A stretch of 64,000 bases of DNA from Thermoproteus sp. Its GTDB lineage: Archaea > Thermoproteota > Thermoprotei > Thermoproteales > Thermoproteaceae. The DNA is taken from NCBI GenBank assembly GCA_049976425.1, contig JBMFIG010000001.1, positions 128,001-192,000 on the forward strand, given 5' to 3'. Made by a program: the position numbers and the translations under genes. The notes below the pieces were generated by a model, which did no database searches, had not been told where the DNA came from, and saw only the letters and a list, made by a program, of their open reading frames with translations. Below are positions 1-9,931 of this stretch, in pieces (the first letter of the stretch is position 1; the number at the start of each line of letters is the position of its first letter).

Positions 1-85
1 GTAGATTACGTAACCCTCTGAGACGCCCAATTATTTAGGGTCCATCTGCAACGTAACGATTTTAAAGATAGAAAACTATAGATAT

Positions 86-421
86 GTGGCGGTAGTTCAA
101 AAGTTCAAGTGTCCAGTCTGTGGGGCCGAGGTGGAGCCGACCCTCACGCCGGAGGCCTTAAGGGCCTATGAGGCGGGGGAGGCGCTCTTCTTAAACTTAA
201 CATGTCCCCATGGGCACACCTTCTCCGTGGTGTTGAAGAAGCCCACGGCTGAGGAAGATGTACTGCTCGACTGCGAGATAAGGGACTGGGACCGCTTCTC
301 TTTGCTACCCGTACAACAACAACAGGTGGTCCTAGAGTCGATACAGAGCGGGAGAGCAAGCCCGTCGGTGAGGGCGTTGTTGCGCCGGCTCAAAGATGCC
401 GGCATAGTGGTCTGTACATGA
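86..421 (+). CDS. Small zinc-ribbon protein, function unknown
   Basis: CPVC and CPHGH metal-binding pairs; TTTAAA box about 25 nt upstream; ATGA overlap with the next ORF. Confidence 0.7.
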   Translation: MAVVQKFKCPVCGAEVEPTLTPEALRAYEAGEALFLNLTCPHGHTFSVVLKKPTAEEDVLLDCEIRDWDRFSLLPVQQQQVVLESIQSGRASPSVRALLRRLKDAGIVVCT

Positions 422-1398
422 GCTTTCTCGCTAGGTTTGTGGAGGATCTCAACGTAACTCGTTATTACGGGGATTTCATAAAGGCCGCGGGGGGCCTGGA
501 CGAGGTCAGGAACGCGTTGAGGTGGAGCGTTTGGTATGCCCTTAAGTGGTGGTACGAAATATATAGAGAGGGGCTACATAAAAGCAATAATATATTCGTG
601 AAAGCACTGTATTTATCTCTTTTCGAGAATGGATATATAGATAGAGAAGGAAGAATAATGAAGAGGGTAAAGGAGCCGAGACCCCCCATCAACAGCTACG
701 CGGCGGAGTTTGTAGGGCTCCACGAATCTTTCGATAAGCTAGGCGCCGCGAGGATAGCGGCCAATCAGGTAGACGAGAACACCATTGGCGTGCTGTATTC
801 TGCGATGCTATCTCAAGGCTGGTATGACATAATGAGGGTCACGTTCTATAGGTTGGTCGGAGCCACGGAGGCGAAGAGGCTTTTTGCTCCTATAATTAAG
901 GAAGGCCACGACATAGCCTCCCTTCTGGCGATCTCGCAATCGCCGCCGGAGCTGGTAGTCGGGTATGATTATAGGCCCGACTCGGTGGAGCTGTCTAGGG
1001 AGATCCTAGGCAGGAATATAAACATCGGTTCTTGCCCGGGCCAAGGCGGCGTCTGTGTATTCCAAGCGGCCAGTTCATGCGATGTGGCGGACGCTTTGGG
1101 CCCGCAATTCGCGAGAAGCTTCGACTCGGCGTTGGTGTTCCACTCGCTTTACTGGATGCTGGATCCCATAAAGGATCTCCAATGCATGCGCCGGCTCTTG
1201 AAGCCGGACGGCCGGCTCCTCGTGGGGCAACAAGTCATAGAGTCGACGCCGGGGCTCGTGGCCATAGTGGCCTCAATGGGGGCAAAACACGTGTTCAGAT
1301 CGTCGGACGTCGACAACATGCTCGCGGCCGCCGGCTTCAAAAGGGAGCGTCTGTATCTAAGGACCATGCCGTTTTACATAGCTATATGGCGTAGTTAG
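418..1398 (+). CDS. Divergent class I SAM-dependent methyltransferase-like protein
   Basis: C-terminal SFDSALVFHSLYWMLDP...LLKPDGRLLV resembles MTase motifs II/III; motif I degenerate. Confidence 0.65.
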   Translation: MSFLARFVEDLNVTRYYGDFIKAAGGLDEVRNALRWSVWYALKWWYEIYREGLHKSNNIFVKALYLSLFENGYIDREGRIMKRVKEPRPPINSYAAEFVGLHESFDKLGAARIAANQVDENTIGVLYSAMLSQGWYDIMRVTFYRLVGATEAKRLFAPIIKEGHDIASLLAISQSPPELVVGYDYRPDSVELSREILGRNINIGSCPGQGGVCVFQAASSCDVADALGPQFARSFDSALVFHSLYWMLDPIKDLQCMRRLLKPDGRLLVGQQVIESTPGLVAIVASMGAKHVFRSSDVDNMLAAAGFKRERLYLRTMPFYIAIWRS

Positions 1399-2096
1399 CG
1401 CCTTATCGTCCACCGCGGCCTCTCGCCGTAAAACATGTATATAGCGCCTAGTCCTCTAGTGCCGAAATATCTCAGCTCTAACAGTTTCTCGAGAAACGCC
1501 CTGAGGTCCTTGTTCGGGGTGGCGGCATCCAAGATCTCCTTAAGCGCTCTGTATTCGTCCACATGGCCTGGAGCCAACACGTAAGCCAACGCAGGTATGA
1601 AATAGGCCACGTAGAGCCTAAAAAGGCGTCGGACGAGGGGGTTGTCGGGCTTGCCCATGCTAACCGCAGCCACTCCGCGGGCTACCCGAGTTAGCTCCGC
1701 GAGCGCCCTTTCCAGATCCCTGGCGGCGTGTAGGGCATAGGCCAGCACGGCCACGTCAAATGCGCCATCTCTAAACGGCAACATCTCAAACACGCCTTGT
1801 ACTTTATCTATGTCGAGCCTCATAGCCTTGAGCATCTCCGCGGAATAGTCGAGGCCGATAACGTAACGGCCGGCAGAGATCAGATGCCTAGTCATGTTGC
1901 CCGGTCCGCAACCGGCGTCTAGTACGCGCCTGGCGTTCTGCGGCAGGAGCGTTGCCAGCTGCCTCCTCCATCTGTCGACCTGCCCCCACGTCATGGCCAA
2001 ATTCATGCGCTCGTAGACTGAGGGCAGTCTGTCGTAGGCGGGGTAAACTCTACGCCACCTGTCGCCCAGACCTGTCATACCGATCTCCAGAGACAC
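1395..2096 (-). CDS. UbiE/MenG-like class I SAM methyltransferase
   Basis: VLDAGCGPG motif I, LDYSAEML, LPFRDGAFD; N-terminal YERMN..W. Confidence 0.85.
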   Translation of the reverse strand: MSLEIGMTGLGDRWRRVYPAYDRLPSVYERMNLAMTWGQVDRWRRQLATLLPQNARRVLDAGCGPGNMTRHLISAGRYVIGLDYSAEMLKAMRLDIDKVQGVFEMLPFRDGAFDVAVLAYALHAARDLERALAELTRVARGVAAVSMGKPDNPLVRRLFRLYVAYFIPALAYVLAPGHVDEYRALKEILDAATPNKDLRAFLEKLLELRYFGTRGLGAIYMFYGERPRWTIRR

Positions 2097-2734
2097 GATG
2101 ACAGCGATCTGAGGGCGCTCTTCACGGCCTCCTCATCTACGGAGGATCCGCCAAGATATCTCGCCTCAACTACCCCGGCGAAAAAGGCGAGCCTCGCCTT
2201 AGCCAGCAATAGAACTCTGTTGGCCATCGCCACGGCCTCCTCCAGGTCGGCTACGAGCCTGCCGCCTGACTTCAGCGGTAGGTCGAGCCTCTCCTCGCCC
2301 AGTATCTCTACTATTATGCCGGCTCTATTGATGGCGATGATGCCGCTGTGTTTGTGGCCTGTTCTATGCCCTATGGAGATGAGCTCGTACGCGCGTCTGG
2401 CTGAGTCCACGGCCACGTGCAGTATTCCGCCTCTGACGAGCATCCACACATCGTCGTGGGGCTCCACGGCGGCGCGCACCTCGTCGACGGACACGGCCCT
2501 ATGCCATTTAGCTATGGGCGTGAACCCCCTCCCCTTGCTGTAGCTCGGAGTCCTCACAGACGCCAGCAGTATGCGGCCGGAGCAACTGCTCGTCGTGTAG
2601 AGCCAAGGAAGCTCGTTGAGCCTCTTGAGCAACGGGTATATATCCTGGTCTACGCGCCCCTGCGTGGCCTCCCTCTCGAGCCTCTCGACGAAGGCCCGTT
2701 TCCTGTTGGCGAAGGCGGCGTCGTCGACTATCAC
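2075..2734 (-). CDS. taw3: tRNA wyosine-pathway methyltransferase Tyw3/Taw3
   Basis: VDQDI..L..LN, YTTSSCSGRI, KWH and ILHV motifs. Confidence 0.9.
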   Translation of the reverse strand: MIVDDAAFANRKRAFVERLEREATQGRVDQDIYPLLKRLNELPWLYTTSSCSGRILLASVRTPSYSKGRGFTPIAKWHRAVSVDEVRAAVEPHDDVWMLVRGGILHVAVDSARRAYELISIGHRTGHKHSGIIAINRAGIIVEILGEERLDLPLKSGGRLVADLEEAVAMANRVLLLAKARLAFFAGVVEARYLGGSSVDEEAVKSALRSLSSCLWRSV

Positions 2735-3672
2735 TGGAGGTTCTCCTCGATCACCCTTTTAGCGTTTCTGTACGCTATCCCCTCCAGCTCCGAGTCGCTG
2801 AACCCCGCCTCCTTCAGAAGCTCGAGGAAGGCCGGGAGCTTGTCGACGGTCTCAAGACCCTCAACCATCCTGTCGACGCCCAGCGCATCGGTGCCTATGG
2901 CCAATATATCTGCGCCGAAGCTCTCCTTGATATACACGGCGTGCCTCACCAGCTCTTGCACGGTCCCGCGCTCCCCCGTCAACGAAGGTATGGCCGTTAT
3001 GCCTATCACGCCTCTGTTCTTCTTAAGGGCCTCGAGAACTTCGTCGTCGACGTTGCGGACGGTCCTATGGACGGAGGCCGCGTTGGCGTGGCTTATGACG
3101 ACCGGCTTCTTGCTGGCCGAGATCGCCTCCAAGGCAGTCCTCTTGCTGGCGTGGGCCAGGTCCAGGATCACGCCCAGCTTGTTGGCCAACGCCACCAGCT
3201 CCTCGCCGTAGGCCGTGAGGCCGTAGTCCTTCCGGGAGAGACACGATGCGCCGAACTTGTTGTCGAGATTCCAGGTGATGCCGAGGGCTCTGAGGCCCAG
3301 CCTGAAGTAGAGCAGGAGGTCCGACGGATCGTCGAGTGCGTCGGCGCCTTCCATCAGCAAGAGGAATTTCAAGCCCTCCCTATCCAGATCGGCGGCTCTC
3401 TCCACGATATGTACGCCGTGTCTCTCGGAGAGCCTATAGAGCATCTTGAACATCTCTAGCGCTATGCTCTTAGTGCCCACGGCCGCGGCGTTGCCAGGCC
3501 CTGTGGGTCCATAGGTAGCGGCCACGGGGAATATAGAGGCGAATACGAGATCCACCCCCGCCCGCCTAAGCTTAGGCAGATCGGACTGCCTGCCTTCATC
3601 GTCTATGTCGAAGTCGGGCCTGCGGCCCGAGAAGAAGTAGTGGGCTATGTCCTCGTGTAGATCGTATATCAT
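2731..3672 (-). CDS. Membrane dipeptidase (peptidase M19, amidohydrolase fold)
   Basis: DLHED, LMEGAD, ITWN, DLAHAS, SHAN, RNVDD, IGTD motifs. Confidence 0.9.
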   Translation of the reverse strand: MIYDLHEDIAHYFFSGRRPDFDIDDEGRQSDLPKLRRAGVDLVFASIFPVAATYGPTGPGNAAAVGTKSIALEMFKMLYRLSERHGVHIVERAADLDREGLKFLLLMEGADALDDPSDLLLYFRLGLRALGITWNLDNKFGASCLSRKDYGLTAYGEELVALANKLGVILDLAHASKRTALEAISASKKPVVISHANAASVHRTVRNVDDEVLEALKKNRGVIGITAIPSLTGERGTVQELVRHAVYIKESFGADILAIGTDALGVDRMVEGLETVDKLPAFLELLKEAGFSDSELEGIAYRNAKRVIEENLQ

Positions 3673-3756
3673 GGCTAAGACAAAACATAAACCTTAATCG
3701 CCATTAGTCCCGTTTATTATAACGCAAAATTTATTAGATAACTATAGAGCTAGTTT

Positions 3757-4062
3757 GTGCAAGTCGGTGAGAGGCCTATCATTAAGCTCGGATATAGTGA
3801 ATCTCTAATAGAATTCTTTCAATATTTAGATCCTATATATAGGCAAGTTATCAATATAAGGCTAAAAATAGTAACAGGTAAGGACTTCATCGAACTCGTT
3901 TCCGAGAAGCCACGAGATATCTTCGATGCCTTGTCCTCCGCATTAGGTCGACACAACGCCGAGGTATTTCTATATTTATTTACAAAATGGCTTACAGAGA
4001 TCAACAAAGATAAATTAAATAAAAATGAATATCTATCTTTATTTACTTTTCTAAAATATTGA
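3757..4062 (+). CDS. Small helical protein, KaiC-associated paralog 1 (AT-rich)
   Basis: Shares GK.F.E..E.P....AL..ALG.HNAE.FL with the downstream ORF. Confidence 0.7.
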   Translation: MQVGERPIIKLGYSESLIEFFQYLDPIYRQVINIRLKIVTGKDFIELVSEKPRDIFDALSSALGRHNAEVFLYLFTKWLTEINKDKLNKNEYLSLFTFLKY

Positions 4063-4112
4063 CTTGTTTAAATCAGCAATATTTAAATGGACAAGGCAGT
4101 GGGACCAACGCT

Positions 4113-4403
4113 ATGGACTCCGGCGATCTTTTGAGATTCCATAGGTCTCTGGAGATCTCGCTAAGACTACTAATATCTTTCAAGTTTAGATATACGGTAG
4201 GGAAAACGTTCGAGGAGGTGGCAGAGCACGAGCCTTGGCGCCTATACTACGCTTTAATAGAGGCGATAGGAGAGCACAACGCCGAATTGTTTTTAAATAT
4301 GCTTAGGGAGTGGCTTATGAGGAAGGGCGAGGTAGTGGACTTGAGGACTCTGAGGGCTATGTTGAGCGACGAGAAGGCGTGGGCCAAGAGGGCTAGGGCA
4401 TGA
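4113..4403 (+). CDS. Small helical protein, KaiC-associated paralog 2
   Basis: ATG at 4113 about 27 nt after a TTTAAA box; paralog of 3757..4062; ATGA overlap with the KaiC-like gene. Confidence 0.75.
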   Translation: MDSGDLLRFHRSLEISLRLLISFKFRYTVGKTFEEVAEHEPWRLYYALIEAIGEHNAELFLNMLREWLMRKGEVVDLRTLRAMLSDEKAWAKRARA

Positions 4404-5569
4404 GCGCCGGCCTGGAGCTGAGGGGGGTGACCGCCATAGTCGGCGAGCCCGGCACAGGCAAGACGAGTCTGTGCATGAGGATAGCGCACGAGGCGCTACG
4501 CGCTGGCAGGAGGGTGCTGTGGGTGTCGCTGTATGAGGGGAAGGATCTCTTCCTCCAAGAGGCCGCCGGGCTGGGCTACAAGCTGGAGGGCGTCGATTTC
4601 TGGGAGGCGGTGATGGCGGAGCCCGAGGCTTTCTGGAATAGGTTGCTGGATTATGTGGCCGAGCGTAGGCCGGACGTCTTGGTGCTGGACTCGGTCACGC
4701 CTCTGGTGGAGGGAGTCGGCGGCAGGTCGTTGATGCTGAACGCCCTATATAGGGTCCTGCGCCCGTCCTCCATCGACGTCTTCATGACAGTGGAGGTGGA
4801 CACGCCCCCCTTCGTGCTCTACATAGCCGACAACGTCGTCAGGCTGTTTCTGGAAAGGACCGAGGAGGGGGTGCCGGAGAGGAAGATGTGTATAGACAAG
4901 GCCAGGGGCCTGCCCGGGGGATACTGCAGACAGTTCGACATAATTAGCTCGGCCGGCTTGGTTTTCTTCGATGAGCTGAAGCCGGTGCCGGGGAGGCCGG
5001 CCGAGGTGCGCACAGGCACGGCCCTCGACGAGCTGGTGGGAGGCTCGTTTCTTGGCAACACGTTGTTGTTGGGCCCCGTCGGTTCCGGCAAGACCAGGCT
5101 AGCGGTTAAGATAGCCGCCGCGGCGGCCGCCAACGGCTATAAAGTCGTATACAGATCCTTCGCCGAGGAGCCCTGGCAGATAAAGGAGCTGGCGAAGGAA
5201 TACGGGGCCGACTTCGAGGTGATGGCTATGAGGATCAAGCCGCCTACGTACGGCACCCACGTCTATGAGTTCTATAGGTTGATAAACGAGGCGAGGCCCG
5301 ACTTGTTAGTGTCCGACGGCTTCGACGTGGAGTTCAGAGTCTACGGCGAGAAGGCCTTCGAGCTCAATATGAGGATGTTGTCGGCTCTGAAGGAGGCCGG
5401 CGTCGCCTTCGTCGGGACTATGGCCAAGTCGTACGGCCTCGCCAACTACGTCGACAATGTGTTGAGGCTGAGGCGCGCCAAGGAGGGCGTAGTCGTCGAG
5501 GCCATCAAGTCGTTTAGGAAGCCCAAGAGGACCCGTTGCGTCCTCACGGAGAGGCTCGACTGCTCCTAG
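4400..5569 (+). CDS. KaiC/RAD55-like RecA-superfamily ATPase with two ATPase domains
   Basis: Walker A GEPGTGKT and GPVGSGKT; LVLDS Walker B; YIADNVV and KARG motifs. Confidence 0.88.
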   Translation: MSAGLELRGVTAIVGEPGTGKTSLCMRIAHEALRAGRRVLWVSLYEGKDLFLQEAAGLGYKLEGVDFWEAVMAEPEAFWNRLLDYVAERRPDVLVLDSVTPLVEGVGGRSLMLNALYRVLRPSSIDVFMTVEVDTPPFVLYIADNVVRLFLERTEEGVPERKMCIDKARGLPGGYCRQFDIISSAGLVFFDELKPVPGRPAEVRTGTALDELVGGSFLGNTLLLGPVGSGKTRLAVKIAAAAAANGYKVVYRSFAEEPWQIKELAKEYGADFEVMAMRIKPPTYGTHVYEFYRLINEARPDLLVSDGFDVEFRVYGEKAFELNMRMLSALKEAGVAFVGTMAKSYGLANYVDNVLRLRRAKEGVVVEAIKSFRKPKRTRCVLTERLDCS

Positions 5570-5776
5570 AGCTTCATCTCCCTCCTCCTGGCCACGATAA
5601 GCTCTTCTTGGGCTTGCGGGAGGCGGAGCTACGCGTCGCAACTCTGCTAAATAGCCCTGGCCGGCCACGCGACGTTATCCCCTGCGCGGGTCGCCGTTGC
5701 TACGACCTCTAGAGGCGCTCTGCCGCGTCTTTCGGAATCTCCCAACGCGGCTTGTTAGGCACGTCTCTGTAAAGCC

Positions 5777-6853
5777 CTAAGGCCTTCTGAACACGTACAG
5801 CTCGGAGAGGAGGTAGTTGGCGGCGAAGCCGGCGAGCACGCCGAGGAGGTAGGCCAGATAGCGCGACGTGCCGGCCAGCACCAGGGCGTTCGAGAGGGCG
5901 TAGTTGGCGGCGATGCCCGCGAAGTTCGCGAGGTGGTATTTGAGCCACCCCTTCAGCCACGGCATTTCCCTATCTCTGAACGTCCACGCCTTGTTGAGGG
6001 CGTAGTTGGAGGTGAGCGATACCTCTATCGCCGCCAGGGCCGCGACGGGGTACGCCACGTCCCTCAAGGCGTAGAGGACGGCCTCAGCGACGCCTATGCC
6101 GGAGGCCCCAACTGCGGCGAATTTAAAGGGCCTCCAGCCGGCCAGCCTCATCAACTGCGCCAGGTAGTCGGCCACGTGTACCAGCCCCAGCTTAGACCTC
6201 CCCGCCCTCCGCGGCCTGAAGACGTACGGGACCTCGGCTATCTTAGAGGGCCTGCACTGGACGGCCACGTCCAGCAGTATCTTGTAGAGGCCCGTCGGCT
6301 TGACCGACGCGAGACATGCCCTCCTCGTGGCGAAGAAACCCGATTCCGGGTCTGAGAGGAGCCTAGCCTCCGGCAACAGGAGCTTGGCCAGCGCGGCGGC
6401 CCCCCGCGATATGAGCAGGCGGGCGGGCGACCACCCCTCGATCCCGCCGCCTCTCCCGTACCTAGTGCCCACCGCCAGCTCCGCGCCCGACAACACGGCT
6501 TGGGCCAGCGCTGGCGCCAGCTCCGGCGGATGTTGGAAATCGGCGTCCATGACGACCACCACATCGCCCGCGGCTACTCTGGCGCCGTCCACCACAGCGC
6601 TCGATAGGCCGAGGCGGCGGGGCCTAGAGACGACTCTGACCGGGTACTCCTTGGCGAGCTCCCTAGCTATCTCCGCCGTGCCGTCGGGACTGCCGTCGTC
6701 GACTATCACCACCTCGTAGGGCGTGCCGGCGAAGGCTCTGGCCAGCGCCTCGACCAGCGGCTTGATGTTGTCGGCCTCGTTGTACGTCGGGACCACGACG
6801 GAGATCGGCACAGGAGCGCTCCTCATCGGATCGGCATTGGAGTCTCTCCTCAC
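5777..6853 (-). CDS. Dolichol-phosphate mannosyltransferase-like GT2 with C-terminal GtrA domain
   Basis: VVPTYNE, VDDGSPDGT, MDADFQHPP, R..G.SK; hydrophobic tail with NY..N..WTF. Confidence 0.9.
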   Translation of the reverse strand: MRRDSNADPMRSAPVPISVVVPTYNEADNIKPLVEALARAFAGTPYEVVIVDDGSPDGTAEIARELAKEYPVRVVSRPRRLGLSSAVVDGARVAAGDVVVVMDADFQHPPELAPALAQAVLSGAELAVGTRYGRGGGIEGWSPARLLISRGAAALAKLLLPEARLLSDPESGFFATRRACLASVKPTGLYKILLDVAVQCRPSKIAEVPYVFRPRRAGRSKLGLVHVADYLAQLMRLAGWRPFKFAAVGASGIGVAEAVLYALRDVAYPVAALAAIEVSLTSNYALNKAWTFRDREMPWLKGWLKYHLANFAGIAANYALSNALVLAGTSRYLAYLLGVLAGFAANYLLSELYVFRRP

Positions 6854-6883
6854 ACGTTAAAAAGGGCCTCTTCTTAAAAGGCT

Positions 6884-8329
6884 ATGCTGAGGGGGGCGGG
6901 GATCCTTCTGCCTCTATTCTCCCTCCCGGGCCCCCACGGGATCGGCGACATGGGGCCCGCCGCGTACCGATTCGTGGAGCTCTTAAGGGATGCCGGCCAG
7001 ACGTATTGGCAACTGTTGCCCCTAAACCCCGTGTTGCCGGAGTACGACAACTCGCCCTACAGCTCCACCTCGTCCTTCGCCGGGGAGCCGGCGTACATAA
7101 GCCTGGAGCTCCTGGCGGAGCAAGGCGTGTTGAGGAGATCCGCCTCGGCGGAATTCGGGGCGGGCCGCGCCGATTATGAGGCCGCGCGGGCCTACAAGGT
7201 CAAGATAATCGCCGAGGCGGAGAGGCCGAAGGATCTCGACGAGTTCGTGGGGAGGAACGAGTGGCTTGAGGACTACGCCCTCTACTCGGCGTTGCGGGAA
7301 TATTTCGGGCGGCCTTGGGTGGAGTGGCCGAGGGAGCTGAGGGATAGAGATCCGGCGGCCTTGAGGCAGTGGCGCGAGAGGTTGCGGAGGAGGATAGAGC
7401 TCGAGTACCTCCTCCAGTACTTCTTCTGGACGCAGTGGCGCGAGCTGAAGCGGCACGCCAACTCGCTGGGCATCTTCCTCATAGGCGACCTCCCCATATA
7501 CCTGAGCCTCGACAGCGCCGACGTGTGGGCCCACAGAGAGCTGTTCAAGCTCGACGCGGAGGGCCGGCCCCTATACGTGGCGGGGGTGCCGCCCGACTAC
7601 TTCTCGCCCACCGGCCAGCTGTGGGGCAACCCCGTCTACGATTGGGACGCCATGAGGAAGGAGGGGTTTAGGTGGTGGCTCGACAGGCTGAGGTACACGC
7701 TCTCGGTCTTCGACTACGTCAGGCTTGACCACTTCCGCGGCTACGCCGCCTACTGGGAGGTGCCAGCTGGCGAGAAGACTGCTGTGAACGGCCGCTGGGT
7801 CCCCGCTCCGGGCGGGGAGCTCCTGGAGAGGGCGAGGGGCGAGCTGGGCGGGCTCAAGATCATCGCGGAGGATCTCGGCTACATAACGCCCGACGTGATA
7901 GAGCTGAGAGACCGCTTCGGATTGCCTGGCATGAGGGTGCTGCAGTTCGCCTGGGACGGCAACCCGGCGAACGAGCACAAGCCCCACAACCACGTCAAGA
8001 ACTCGGTCGTCTACACGGGCACCCACGACAACAACACGATAGTGGGCTGGTTCTTCCATGAGGCCTCCCCCAAGGCGAGGAGGGAGGCGTTGGAGTACAT
8101 GGGCAGACGCTCCGCCAAGGATATACACTGGGCCTTTATAAGGCTGGCGTACTCCTCGGTGGCCGACGTGGCCGTCGTGCCTATGCAGGACTTCATGGGG
8201 CTTGGGCCAGAAGCGCGTATAAATAGGCCGGGAACTAGAGGCGGAAACTGGGTCTGGAGGATGACAGAGCTCCCCGGGCGGGCGTTGGCCAGGCGGATAA
8301 GGCGGCTGGTCCGGCTCTACGGACGTTGA
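6884..8329 (+). CDS. malQ: 4-alpha-glucanotransferase (amylomaltase, GH77)
   Basis: GDLPIY, VAGVPPDYFSPTGQLWGNP, RLDHFRG, IAEDLG, TGTHDNNT. Confidence 0.96.
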   Translation: MLRGAGILLPLFSLPGPHGIGDMGPAAYRFVELLRDAGQTYWQLLPLNPVLPEYDNSPYSSTSSFAGEPAYISLELLAEQGVLRRSASAEFGAGRADYEAARAYKVKIIAEAERPKDLDEFVGRNEWLEDYALYSALREYFGRPWVEWPRELRDRDPAALRQWRERLRRRIELEYLLQYFFWTQWRELKRHANSLGIFLIGDLPIYLSLDSADVWAHRELFKLDAEGRPLYVAGVPPDYFSPTGQLWGNPVYDWDAMRKEGFRWWLDRLRYTLSVFDYVRLDHFRGYAAYWEVPAGEKTAVNGRWVPAPGGELLERARGELGGLKIIAEDLGYITPDVIELRDRFGLPGMRVLQFAWDGNPANEHKPHNHVKNSVVYTGTHDNNTIVGWFFHEASPKARREALEYMGRRSAKDIHWAFIRLAYSSVADVAVVPMQDFMGLGPEARINRPGTRGGNWVWRMTELPGRALARRIRRLVRLYGR

Positions 8330-8366
8330 AAGCCGAACCTATTTAAACTCCGATGTCTCCAGCTCC

Positions 8367-9410
8367 ATGAGGTTGTTGGTGGCGTTGATCTTGTTCGTCT
8401 CGATAGTCGCGGCACAGGCGCTCAACCTATGCCCCAACGCCGTCATAGTTGGTCCGCAGAACTCCACCGCAATATTGGGATATATCTCGAAGGCCCAGAA
8501 AGCGGTCTACATAGAGGCCTATGCCCTCACTTGGCGGGAGCTGGCCCAGACGTTGGCCTCGCTGGCGCAGAGAGGGGTGCAGGTCTACGTGGTCTTGTCG
8601 GGCAACGTCTACGGCGGGATCCCGACAACGGAGAAGCAGTTGGTGGATTACCTCAAGAACAACGGCGTCAACGTCGCCTACAACTACGACTTCAAGTTCG
8701 TCCACTCCAAGGCCTTCGTGGTGGACAACAAGACCGTGATAATAGGGTCCATAAACCCCACGTACTCCGGCGTGACGAACGACTTAGGGCTCGCCGTCGT
8801 CGTCCAGAACTCCACGTTGGCCCGGGAGATAGCGACCGTGATACTGAACGACTTCAACGGCGTGTACCCCAACTACAACTACACCGGCGTGGTGATATCG
8901 CCGATTAACTCCTACCGATATCTGAGCTGGTTGCTCCAGCAACGGGGCAAGGCCTACGCGGCCGTCGAGGAGATCTACGAAAGCTCCGGGCTGGCCGACG
9001 CCTTGATGTCGAAAGCCGCCTTGGCTCTGGCTAGGGTCACCGACGTCCCGGGAGTACAGACGGTGGGCGATCTAACGGCGAAGGTCATCGTGGTGGGCGA
9101 CTACGTCTACGTGGGATCTATAAACTTGAGCGGGAGCTCCATAAGGAACAATAGGGAGCTAGGCCTTCTGCTCCGTTGCCCCAGCCTCGCCGCCGCGGCG
9201 ATCGGGCTCATAAACCAGTGGGCCGGGACAGCCGCGACGCGGCCGGCCAGCACGGCGACGTACAGATCCTCGGCGACGGCCTCGACGACGCCGGCCGCGC
9301 AGACCGGCGCGCCGCAACTCTCCAATCTGTTGGCCCTACTCCTAGCGATCCTCCTAGCTCTGGCGATACTCTCAGCGGGGGGCAGGAGAAGGAGGAAAAG
9401 AAAGGCCTAG
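8367..9410 (+). CDS. Secreted, C-terminally anchored phospholipase D/Nuc-family protein
   Basis: Signal peptide; HSKAFVVD...GSIN motif; second degenerate TAKVIVVGD...GSIN...NRE; S/T/A linker, TM helix, basic tail. Confidence 0.85.
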   Translation: MRLLVALILFVSIVAAQALNLCPNAVIVGPQNSTAILGYISKAQKAVYIEAYALTWRELAQTLASLAQRGVQVYVVLSGNVYGGIPTTEKQLVDYLKNNGVNVAYNYDFKFVHSKAFVVDNKTVIIGSINPTYSGVTNDLGLAVVVQNSTLAREIATVILNDFNGVYPNYNYTGVVISPINSYRYLSWLLQQRGKAYAAVEEIYESSGLADALMSKAALALARVTDVPGVQTVGDLTAKVIVVGDYVYVGSINLSGSSIRNNRELGLLLRCPSLAAAAIGLINQWAGTAATRPASTATYRSSATASTTPAAQTGAPQLSNLLALLLAILLALAILSAGGRRRRKRKA

Positions 9411-9817
9411 GCGCTTGCGGCGAGCTCCAGCGCCACCTCGAGGAGGCTCACGAAGTCGCCCTCGGTCTTCACCGACTTGACCGCGTTGATGAGCTCCGGG
9501 TCGTTGCCGAGATCTATCACCTTGTCTTGCGCCGGCTCTCTCCTCTCTGCGGTCTCGTCCGGGCCCTGCCCGCACCTCTGGTAGTTGCCCGAGGCGAGCT
9601 TGAGGCTGACCCTATCGCCGACCAACGAGATCGAGGCCAACGCGTACGGGCCGGCTAGACACGTCCCGCTGGACTCTATGCCCTGGAGGACCAGCGTCGC
9701 CGTGACGGTCTCGTTGCCCCTTATCAGCTCGAAGCTGTGGAAATTGCTTTCCGACTTGCCTATTCTGTTAAACGCCTGGATCCAGGCGTTAACCGCTTGG
9801 AGTCCTTCCCTTTCCAT
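9407..9817 (-). CDS. Hypothetical protein
   Basis: ATG ORF with host-like codon usage; ATAAATA box upstream. Confidence 0.7.
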   Translation of the reverse strand: MEREGLQAVNAWIQAFNRIGKSESNFHSFELIRGNETVTATLVLQGIESSGTCLAGPYALASISLVGDRVSLKLASGNYQRCGQGPDETAERREPAQDKVIDLGNDPELINAVKSVKTEGDFVSLLEVALELAASA

Positions 9818-9931
9818 TAGAGCTTAGAGCGAGGCGTATTTATCTCTTTCTTAACTCCGCGCTCGCGGTTGGCGTAAGGATGCTTCACGCGGCCGGCGCC
9901 GCCCTTTTATAGGGGACGCGTCGGGTATCTA

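Noticed and set aside
5570-5776. Gap of about 200 bp between convergent genes as a possible ncRNA
   Set aside because: No promoter, box motifs or convincing stem structure could be supported
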